Positions 37,110 to 48,482 of a DNA stretch of 64,000 bases are shown piece after piece. The notes below the pieces were generated by a model that was given only the letters and a program-made list of their open reading frames with translations, searched no databases and was not told the origin of the DNA. Source of the stretch: Stylophora pistillata (Eukaryota); contig NW_019218091.1 in assembly GCF_002571385.2 (NCBI RefSeq), positions 213,963-277,962 of the forward strand, read 5' to 3'. The first letter of the stretch is position 1, and every line of letters begins with the position of its first letter. A program made the translations under genes and the position numbers.

Positions 37110-40100
37110 GATCAAGGCCACCAGCGCTTGAAATGTCACTTAGGTCATGACTCTCCAAAAATTAGAGCAACTCTTTGCAAATTTGTGACTGACACGGTAA
37201 TTTAAAAGAAATAGTCAAAAAATTATAGCGGAAAATCTGCATAAGAACACATCTGGACAACTCATTGAAAGTGCTTCGAGGAATTATCAATGAAATGTTT
37301 TAGCAACAAACGCCGAAGACATCTTCGCATGCTCCGACGTACGACTTTGGCAATCGTCGTTGCAGATTTAAACTCGTCGTTACATCTATGGCCTGTGAAA
37401 GCGAAAATATGGAGAGTTTTCATATTTTCCGACAGGAAACCATCGATGGTACTTACGGTGATATGACCTGACCAAGTATATCGTGGAAGGAAGGCTTCAT
37501 GTGTGGCTATAACGAAGGTGTTAATGGCGGCGTTCTCCAATTGAAGTAAGCAAAACTTTGTTGCTAAATCCCATGTAGCTGACAAAATTATTAATTGCCG
37601 CGAGGACAAGGGTCTATGGTAACTGGTAACGAAGGTAAAGAAATTTTGCATGCCAATTAATTGCAGTGTAAGCTTTTAAAACGTTTAGACGGTTTCAAGA
37701 ATTGAAAGTCGATTTGCATGTGTTTTATTGAAATGCTTAGTAAAAGAATTTTCGTATAAGGCCATTCTTCTCTATTGCATATACTTTTTCGTTAATATAT
37801 GCACGTTTTTTATTCTGCCTAGAAGTTCTCAATGGTCGCACCTTAAAGCTTAGGATACATGGAAAAATGTTCTAAACGTAAATGTGAAATGTTCTGCAAG
37901 CATAAGTTAGGTTTCATTTATTATAATCTTGAACTTTTATGTCTTTCCGTGTAATAAATATGCATGCGGACCTTATGACACTTGCACGGTTTAACATTTT
38001 CTACTATCAAGATTACTTTGGCAATCCGAAGTCCAAAAAGATGTTTACCAAAATTTATTCTCGAGGCATGTATAATTCCGTTAGTCGTTGGTTTGTTTTA
38101 AAGGTCCATTCTGATTTCCGCGTTCATGGGTTGAAAAAAACGCAGTCGTAATGTTATCTAAATTAAGACAAAATAGCGATACTAAACTCTGAAGTCGTAG
38201 AAAGGTTATCAGCGAAATACCATCGACATCAAGGTTTTCGTCGGGAAAATCTTTTGTCTATCTTCTTCCGCTGTAGTCAACAGACCAACTACATCAATAA
38301 ACATTTTACAAATTCTTTTCTAGAATTCTCGAGCTTTTATCGGCCATTCACAACCCATCGACTTCATTTTCCGCGTGTTTCAAGTTATAAATCACAATTG
38401 TTCTCTCAGTTTGGTTTGAACAATAGATATGGGCGACTGTTCCTTACTATGTGAGCTACTATATTTTGGCAACTGCCTTGATATTTGACTGAGCTGCAAT
38501 ACGAAAAAATCAATGGTTTCCTCCTTAACAGCTAAGTATCGAAAGTAAATCAAATGCAAACAAACAAATAAACTTCTCGTTCTGTTTCTGATCTCGAAAA
38601 ATGCTAAGGTTTAGCTTAGCCTGTTTTTAAAACCAGTTTCTTTTTTATACTTGTAAATAAAGCCAAAAGTCGATGCTCTGATAATTCATTGGCAAAGATC
38701 TTTCACTGAGGAAGTATTATCCGGTTCATTCTGATAACGGATTATCGGTCTGACATAAGGCCTTGCAAGTCCCTAAGAAAGTTGGCACCGTTTTTTTAGT
38801 GCTGCATGATTGAGTTAGTAAAAGCCAATTCAATCTTGGTCATTTAAACATAGTCATTGCCGGTTTGGTTCACACTTGACTATTCTTTTTAACGCTATGA
38901 TCATCTCAAATAACCTTAAAAAGGCAATTTACCAGTAATTACGATCACGTCTTTAATTTGAGAACAACTGATTCTCATCGAATGAAAACGACCACGATAT
39001 CGCTTAATCTTATCTCGTCTGGAAACTATTCTGAAACCCTTGGAATAATTTCATCTGTTTATTATGAGGCGAGAGCGATGCTTTTAAACCAAAGTTGTAA
39101 AGACTTTTTGATGCTCACAGACCTTAAAGTTAATAAAAAATGTACGAAATATTGATGAAGCTATTGATACTGAGGACTAAAGCACACAATCCATTCTTAC
39201 CTTCAATTCAGTTGGTTCTTCGAAATAGAACAACCAAACAGCTCTGACTTTTCCGGCTTAAAACCTTTCGGTCTTATAGCTCGAAACAGGAACTTTACCA
39301 GTTCATTGTGTCTTTTGTTGCGATTATTTTGAATGCAATTTGAATAAATATTTTCCCAAAACAATAGTTTTTTTTATTGATCTATTCTTTAGACTGGGAA
39401 AATACTTGATTTATATCACAGTATATTTTTAGAAAAGGTTGCTCTTTAGAAGGGTTGTTGTTAAAACGATTGCATACTGCCAAGTAAATTTCACTTCTAA
39501 CATTAGTTTAGCAATCTGAAATCCCAAAAGATGTTGACTTCAATTTATTCTAGGGTCATAAAAACTCTATTTACGCTTTAATGTAGCTCTAATTCAATAG
39601 TTTTTTTTACTTTAGAAGGTAGGTGTGTTCCAACAAGGAACTCGCTGTTTTTGTTGTTTTTTTTTTTTTACGTCAACACTATTTTCCGCTTTTATAAGCT
39701 TAAAAAAAAAACGCGGCGGTAATGTTAGGTCAAGTAAAACAATGAAATAAAGTTGAAGAAAGGTAGTCAGAGAAATATCAACAAGTACCATGGAGATCAG
39801 ATTTTTGTCAAGAGGCCGTTAAAGTCCAGAAAACTTTTTTTTTCCTTTACTTCTTCCTCTTTCATCAGACAAACCAAACTAAATTGGATTTTGTAGAATT
39901 CTCGCGCGCCCATATTGATCATTTCGTTTTCCGTATGTGTGTTCAGTGATACTGAGATTAAAACTGAACAGAATTTGAAGTGCTTTAGATCATATTCAAG
40001 TGAGTTTCGCGCAATATAGGAATATAGGTAAGAGAGTTATTATTATCATGTCATAGACCACATATATGGTACGAACAAGGAAGTGGGACATGAGCTGTGG

Positions 40101-43100
40101 GTGACATTTCCTAAGGTGTGTAAGCTTGTTTGGCGACTGCGTCTTGACCTTGGGCTCAACCACAATACGGAAGAACGCAATGGGTTTGTTATGAGCAGCG
40201 ATATATTGCAAAAAGGAAAAAAATCAATACAAACTTCAAACGCAAGCCCTGATCTCAAAAGGTTATCTTTACGTCAGAGTGCATTCAAAGCAAGTTTCTT
40301 TATAATACTCGTAATAGATGCAGAGTGTCATTGCCCTAATATATCATTGGCAAAGATGGCTTCATCGAGTGAGCTGTATTCAAATCATATCATAATTTAT
40401 CAAGCTTTTGATCAGACAAAAGACCTCCTTAGTAGGTATGAAAAGGGTGACTCGTACGTCAGCACTGTGGTAACATAACTGCATGATCGATCGATGAAAA
40501 ATAGTCTTGTTTTGTTTGCGTTTACGTGTTAATGTTCATGTTAACGCTGCGCTCATCCCCAGGCAGAGAAGGATAATTAATATCCATTGAATACGGTCGG
40601 GTCTCCATGTAAAAGCCGAACAACTTATTATTTTCGAAAGGAAAGGAACAAAATGTACCTTAAATTCATCTCGTAATTTTTCTTGCTGAGTTTTGCTCGG
40701 GGTTGTCTTCCAACAAGAAACTTGCTGATATTTTGTTTTGTTTTCTTTTTAACATCAATTCCAACGACCCGCGTTCAGAGTTTAGAAATAAATGCAGTGG
40801 TGATACTAGGCTTTTTAGGTAAAACAAAATTCGATGCTCAACTCTCAAGAGAATGTAATATAAGGTTTGAAGAAAGGCAATCAGAGAAAAAAATAGCAAA
40901 TAACGTGGAGATCAGGTTTTTGCATAAAAAAAAAGACAAAAATCTTACAATCTTCAGTTCGAACTCGTAAATTGTTGGGTTAAACTCAGTCAGTCTTTTT
41001 AAATCAGACGAAAGGGCTCGTAAGTCGTTACGAAAAGCGGGACTAACAAGTTATATGGCACCATATAACTTGTTAGTTCCGCAGTTATGGCACCATAACT
41101 GCACGATCGATTGAAGAAAGCGAAATTTTAAGAAGAATAAAATCTTTCTTGTTTGAACGTAGCATCTAGGCATTTATCAGTGAGTTTAAATTTTCATTTT
41201 AGCCTTCCGATCGTCACTAGTATCCTTAAAAGGGCTAACAAATGCAGTGATTGTGGTTCGGTTTTCATATGAAGAGAGTGAACTCTTCCCGATACGTAAA
41301 AAGGAACAAAATATTCGGCTTAATCTGACCTCAGCAGGAACTTATTCGAAAATGTTACTGGTCTATTTTGATACTCAAAGACGAAGCGTTTCTCTGACTT
41401 AAAATTTGATTAAAATGTTCAAAATATTGGTGTAATCATGGGTATTAACAAATAATTTACAAAGTTCACTCTACCTTTAAGACGGTTTGATTCTTCGCAA
41501 TGAAACTACTAAACAGCTCTAGCTTTTCTGGCTTAAAAGCCCTCACTTTATACCCTCAAACAGGAACTCTGAGGGGCCGTTGTGTCTCTTTATTTTGGTA
41601 ATTTGAAACGCAATTAGTCTAATTGATTTTCTAAAACAATAGCTACTGATCTATTTGTCGACTCTTAAACACGTAAAATGATAATAATTGCTTTTTGTGC
41701 TTTAAAAAAAAAGGCAGTTCGTCAAAAATATTTACAAAAAGTTACGCATTAGCAGAGTCGGAAGCAGTATTATGGTAGAATTTGTCAAGCGTTGTTAAAG
41801 AGAATTTTTCAATTTGGTTTTCTTTTTTTCATTGATTGTAATGGTCGCAAATGATCTTTTTTTTTTTTTGATGATATTACTCAGACGAGCAATACGACGT
41901 TAAACGTTGACCTGCCCAGTTTGCCGTCAATCTCCTTGCAGGTTGAGGCGATAGAATGGAGAGACTTACACTCTGATTCTCATAATTCTAAATGATGAAC
42001 TCAGTTACAATTAAATGATAAGCTCAGTCAAGACTTCTAGGCCTTGTAGAATAGGGTCATAGATAGGATCGATGGAATAATGATTTCGTGTTCCAAAACA
42101 GAAATACTAGATCAAACTTTGTAAAAGACACTTGTAAGCTGAAGAGTCTGCTATGGTTCTCCACACCCTTTGTTTCGTTGACTTCTCCGGCTATGTTCAA
42201 GCTTTCCAGAAAGCAAAGCTGTTTTCCTTTTACTTTTTCCGCTATCGTCAAACAAACGAAAAAGCCTCACCATGGCTATCTATGGCTTGACAAGAAGGCT
42301 TTCTTTAGCTTTTGTCAGTGTAGCTGTCAATAAATCTCTATTTCATTTTCTACCAGCGCAATCAAGAATATTAATGTTTGAACAAGCTGTCAAATAATCT
42401 GATAACACTCATAGAAAATGATAGCAGCATTCGTTTTTCATCAAATAAACGCGTCATAAGCGTTTTGCGCAAACAACCAGGGACTTCGTTTAAGGAAAAT
42501 TGTGGTCGACATAGAAAAAAACGGCTCCAGGATACTACAATTTCTTACAGATGTAAACCACGGTTCATTGAAAGATTGCCTTACGAAATCTTTTACGCAC
42601 TTAAGTAAACTCTAGCATCAAAAACTATAGAAACGAGTGCATCCTTAAAAAAATTAATCTGATTAAACTGATTACCTAACACAAAAGAGATGATTTTGTA
42701 AACCTTCAAGGTAAACCGATTCTACGCATGATCATTCGATTTCTTGATGTTCCATAAGAGCTGGAAGGAAAGCCCTATAAGGTAATACCAAATGAACATC
42801 AAAAAATGATTTATGATGAACCTTTTAGAAGTTAGTTGATGCTTTAGTTGCTAAATAGCAGTGATTTAAGTGTTGCAGGTCGTAACTGAGTTGTTTCGCG
42901 CAAAACATTAAAATCAATTTATGTTTTCATGAGATTAAAAAAAAAAAAAAAAGAGCGCAAATACATGTTAGCTCCTCGTCAAATCGTCTGGTTGATTAGT
43001 TCTATGAATGAATTGTTAGGAATCATGTTTTAGATTTGACAGATAATACCAAACGAACATCAAAAAATTATTTATGACGAGCCTTTTAGGAATTTATGGA

Positions 43101-43572
43101 CACTTTACGTTGCTAATTAGCAGTAATTTGAGTGTTGCAGGTCGTTAGTTGTTTGCGTAAAACGTAAAGAATCGTCAATTCCAGTTTCCTGCGTTCAGAT
43201 TTAAAAATAAACGCTGGTTAGGTGAAAGAAAATTCGACGCTCAACTCTCAAGAGAATGTAAGATAAGGTTTCAAGAAAAGTAATCAGAGAAATATAGATC
43301 AGCATTTTTCAAAGAGGCTGTTTTAGTCAGGAAAGCCTTTACTTTCCTTTACTTCTTCTGCTATCGTCAAGCAAACCAAACCAGTGGTTTTATGTATTAA
43401 TTAAACAAACTCTAATGTAGAATTCTTGTGCGCTATTCGGTCCGTTAAACCCATGAACTACATATCCTCTGAGATGTGTGTCTTCAGTTCTAGACAACGG
43501 ATGACGCTTGATGCGTTACGAACAATTGGTTGCCACAGCAGTCGTGGGTTTGTGTCTCTTTGGTGTGTTATG

Positions 43573-43905
43573 AAATGTGTATCATTGGGAAGAAGAGAAA
43601 AGAGTTATTAAATATAAGTTAAGTTAGGTAGGCTCATAACAGGAATACGTTCCACAAACACCAGAACAGGATACTCTCTATAATGATGTGCCCATGGTTT
43701 ATGAAACCTTTCAATACTTGGAATAACCAAAAAGTAGTTTCTTCACACAACATGAGTACTCCCTCAAGCAGAAAGGTGACAAGAATAGAGAAATATATCA
43801 ACAAGGGTGTATTATTTGATTTATTAACAAATTTCCCGAACCAACACCATGAGAAATGTACGGCAGACATTTAAGGATGTCAACTTGACAGTGCGTGGTT
43901 TACAG
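43573..43905 (-). pseudogene. Intron-only relic of a peroxidase paralog (homologous to coding intron 2 of B and C)
   Basis: Colinear with 34200-34487 plus 34590-34614 (B) and with about 51332-51625 (C), including non-MITE flanks. No exon remains. Confidence 0.65.
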
Positions 43906-46900
43906 GTATACACGGTAAAGCCTCGTCAAATCGTCTGGTTGATTAGTTTTATGAACGAATTAGTAGGAATCGTGTTTTAGAGTTGTTAGATAACACCAAA
44001 TGAACATCAAAAAACTATTTAAGACGAACCTTTTAGAAATTTATGGATACTTTACGTTGCTAATTAGCAGTGATTCGAGTATTGCAGGTCATTGGTTGTT
44101 TGCGCAAAACGTAAACATCAATTTAAGCGTTCATGAGATTAAAAGAAAACCAAAAAAAAAAAAAAAACGCAGATACACGGTAGCGCCTCGTCAAATCGTC
44201 TGGTTGATCAAGGAATTGGTAGGGATCGCGTTTAAGAATTGTTAGATAATGCCAAATGAACATCAAAAGAATGATTCATGATGAACCTTTTAGAGGTTTA
44301 TGGATGCTTTACGTTGCTAATTAGCAGGGATTTGAGTGTTGCAGGTCGTCAGTTGTTTGTGCAAAACGTAAAGAAATAGAAGATACTTAGCAGTGAACCC
44401 ATTCCGAAACCCTGAGAGAATTTTTCCGGTCTGTTTTGATGCTAGAGAACAATGCTTACAGACTTAAAGGTTTATAAGGCTAATAAAGAAGCGTTTGAAA
44501 CAGTCATTTAAATATTGGTATTCATAACTAACTGTGCTATTCTTACATTCAGACAGTCTAAATCTTCGCAAGAGAACTTCCAAACGGCTTCAACTTCACT
44601 GGTTTAAAACATTAGCAACTCTTAAGGGCCATTGTGGCTTTTAATGTGATAATTTTTTTCAGTCAAGTTATTTATACACGACTTTAGGTCACTTGCATAG
44701 CTTTATAGTTTTCTCTTCCAAGATTACTTTAGCAGTCTGAATTCCATAAGAAATTTACTAATTTCTATTTTCTAGGCATGAATACTATAGTAACATTATT
44801 TGGGGTTGATTTGGCTCAGTCTGAGTTTTGCTTGTGGTTTTCTTTCAACAAGAAACTTGCTGGTTTTTTGGTTTTTTTTCCTTTTAACGTCAACTTCAAC
44901 GCCTCGCGTTCAGAGTTTAGAAATAAATGCAATGGTGATGGGGTAAAACTAAACTCGATGGTCAACTCTCAAGAGAATGTAATATAAGGTTTGAAGAAAG
45001 GTGATCACAGAAAAAATAACGGATAACGCGGAGATCGGGTCCTTTTGTTTCCTTTACTCCTTCTACTTCCGGTATCGTCAAACAAATCAAACCAGTCGTT
45101 ATACGTATATATTAAACAAATTTTATCGTAGAATGCTCGTCCGCTAATTGTTCGATTTAACTCACCTACCTCAATCAAGTTGCAAAATAGCTGTGTGTGT
45201 CTCTATGGTCTGTTTCCTTCATTTAGCGACTGTCTTGAATAACTAAACTGGGCATTCGGAAATGCTATGAACTTTCTTTTTTTTGAACAGCGAAATATAT
45301 CCCCCCATTATAAAAAACAACCTATCAATCTTCAGTTGGAACTCGTAAACCGTTAGGTTAAATTCAGTTTTTTGTAAAACCCGATTCTTTTTTATATAAA
45401 ACGTGTCTGTTCTCTAATCGATCATCGGTAAAGACCTTTCCCATAGCGAGTAGTATTCAATGCATCTATAACAGGCTGTAGATCAGACGAAAGAGCTCGC
45501 AAGTCGCTACGAAAAGCGGGACTAACAAGTCCATAACTACAGGATCGATTGAAGAGAGCGATTTTTTAAGAATAAAGTCTTGTTTGATTAAACGTAGCAT
45601 CTAGGCGTTTATTGATGAGTTTAAATTTTCATTTTAGCCTTCCGATCGTCACTGATATCCTTAAAAGGGCTAACAAAATCGAGTGATTGTGGTTCCGTTT
45701 TCATATTAAGACAGTGGACTCTTCCCGATAGAAAAGGAACAAAATATTCAACTTAATCCGACCTCAACAGGAACTTATTCGAAAATGTTTCCGGTCTGTT
45801 TTGACGCTCAAAGACGAAGCGTTTCGCTGACTTAAAAGTTGATTAAAATGTTTAAAATAGTGGTGTAATTATTGGTGTTAATAACAAACTTACGAAGTGC
45901 GCTCTTACCTTTGATACGGTTTGATTCTTCGTAATGAAACTACCAAACAGCTCTAGCTTTTCTGGCTTGAAAGCCCTAATTTTATCCCCTCAAACAGGAA
46001 CTCCCAGGGGCCTTTGTGTCTCTCTATTTTGGTACTTTTAGATGCAATTAGTCTAATTGATTTTCTAAACAATGGTCATTTATTTATCGACTCTTAAACA
46101 GAGACACACAAAAAAATTGCTTTTTCTGCATTTACGAAAAAGGCAGTTCGTCTTCCGCGTCGGAAGCAGCACCATAATAGAATTTGTTAAACGTTGTTAA
46201 AGAGAATTTTAAATTCGCTTTCCCTTTTTTCATTGATTGTAATGGTGGCAGATGATCCATTTTTTTTTAATCATATAACTTAAACGAGCATTATGACGTT
46301 AGATGTTGACCTGCCTAATTTGCCGTCAATCTCCTTCCAGGTTGAGGCAAGAGAATGCAAAGACTTACACTCTGATTCTCATAATTTTAACTAACAATTT
46401 ATTGATAATCTAACGACTTCTATTGCATTGGAGAATAGGGTCATGGATACGATCGATGGACTAATGATTTCGTGTTGCAAACCAGAAATACGTGATTGAA
46501 CTTTGTAAAGACACCTTTAAGCTGAAGAGTCTGCTATGGCTCACCGCAGTGTTTCGTTGATTTTTCCCGCTATGTTCAAGCTTACCAGAAAGCAAAGCTT
46601 TTTTACTTTTACTTCTTCCGCTATCGCCAGACACACGCAAAAGCCTCACCATGGCTATGTTAAGCTTTTGTTCGTGTAGCTGTCGATAAATTTCTATTTC
46701 ATTTTCTACCAGCGCAGTCAAGAATATTACTGTCAAAACAAGCTAATAACCCTCATAGAAAATGACAGCAGCATTTCTTTTTCATCAAATAAACGCAGAT
46801 ATTATATGAAGCGTTTTTCGCAAACAACCAGGGACTTCCTTCTAGGAAAAGTGCGGTCGTATAAGAAATAAACCGCATCTCCCACCACACTAACTTTCTT

Positions 46901-47162
46901 CTAAATGTAACTGACCACGGTTTATTGAAAGATTGCCTTACGAAATCTTTTACGCACTTAAGTATACTCTAGAAATTGGACAAGGGTTTGAGAAAATCAC
47001 AAATTCTCCAGCATAAAAAACTATGGAAATGACTGCTTCCTAAAAAAATTAATCCGATCAAATGATCACCTAACACAAAAAGGATAATTTTGAAAAACTG
47101 ATTCTACGCATAATTGTTCGATTACTTGACGTTCCATAAGAGCTGGAAGGAGAGCCCTGTAA

Positions 47163-47887
47163 GCTAATACCAAATGAACATCAAAAAAATGATTCATAAT
47201 GAACCTTTTAAAAGTTTACGGATGCTATCCGTTTCTAAATAGCAGTGGTTTGGTGTTGCAGGTCGTTAGGTGTTTGTGTAAAACGTAAACATCAATTTAC
47301 GCGTCCATGAGATTAAAAGAAAACAAAAAACGCAGATACATGATAGCGCCTCGTTAAATCATCTGATTGATTAGTTCTATTCATGAATTGGCAGGAATCA
47401 TGTTTTAGAGCTGTAAAATAATACCAACTGAACGTCAAAATATTATTTATGATGAAACTTTTAGAAGTTTGTGGATGCTTTATGTTGCTAAGTAGCAGTG
47501 ATTTGAGTGTTGCAGGTCGTTAGTTGTTTGCGCAAAACGTAAACATCAATTTACGCGTTCATGAGATTAAAAGANAACAAAAAAAACGCAGATACACGGT
47601 AGCGCCTCGTCAAACCGTCTGGTTGATTAGTTTTATGAATGAATTGGTAGAAATCGTGTTTTAGAGTTGTTAGATAATACCAAATGTACATCAAAAATAT
47701 ATCTATGACGAACCTTTAGAAGTTTATGGATGTTTTACGTTGCTCATTAGCGGGGATTTGAGTGTTGCACGTCGTTGGTTGTTTGCGCAAAACGTAAACA
47801 TCAATTTACGCGTTAATGAGATTAAAAGAAAACAAAAAAAAAAAACGCAGATACAGGGCAGCGTCTCGTCAAATCGTCTGGTTGACT
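47163..47887. repeat. About 255-bp tandem repeat (about 3 units); more units at 42783-43168, 43905-44372, 63303-63550
   Basis: Marker GCCTCGTCAAATCGTCTGGTTGA-like at 47348, 47604 and 47863. Confidence 0.9.
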
Positions 47888-48482
47888 AACTGATGCTATG
47901 GTGTAGTGGTTAAGCCACTAAGAGAGCTGGGTCATAAAGCTGGTGAATTTAGACTCAGGGGCGTCTACTTGAAAAGTGATCAGCTGTGCATTTAGATGTT
48001 CATAGTCAATAACGTGACACTGATTGATGCCTCAGTGAAGTTTTTTGTATTGATATCTAAATAGAAATACGGCGAGCTTCCAAAATGATTGACCTAAATA
48101 GTTTTGTGTAATGAAACCTCTCTACATAAAAACTACGAGCAACAGCAACAATAACAACAGCTTAATGCCTCTCAGATCTACCAATGGCAAAATCTTTTAG
48201 GCTAAGACTGGTAAAAATAAGGGCACCATCCCCTGTGAGTTTGAAAACAGCAGAGTCAATTACAAAGAAGTGTTAAGTTTCGCAGACAGGCTTATCCGTG
48301 CACATTATCCTATTGCATTGCAAGAATTTTAATCAGTTTTCCTCAAACCACTCTCTACTTCCTGCGCAAATAAATTCAAAAATTATATACTAGTAGACTT
48401 AACCTAAACTGTTTTCTAACAAAGTACAAATCCTCGAATCGGAGCCAAGAAGCCAATGAATTATTTCATTTTCGTAGATGGA

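Larger units (their letters stand above)
38600..47890. repeat. Modular degenerate tandem/segmental repeat in the B-C spacer
   Basis: 41000-43160 matches 45480-47560, and 40660-41000 matches 44810-45400. Recurring motifs ATCCTTAAAAGGGCTAA (41222, 45657) and TCAACTCTCAAGAGAATGTAA (40837, 43241, 44962). Confidence 0.85.

Noticed and set aside
37228-37238. NF-kB-like GGAAAATCT conserved upstream of B and C
   Set aside because: Short imperfect match within a broadly conserved duplicated region, so the conservation is not informative.
37262-37651. 129-aa ORF upstream of B
   Set aside because: The paralogous region upstream of C (about 54590-54970) does not keep the frame open, and no motif is recognisable.
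42783-47887. CRISPR-like array reading of the recurring repeats
   Set aside because: Units are about 255 bp and similar throughout, with no unique spacers and no cas genes. The context is eukaryotic.
47894-47960. tRNA-like sequence (TGGTGTAGTGGTTAAG)
   Set aside because: Only an A-box-like segment, with no cloverleaf or good B-box. At most a decayed SINE head.
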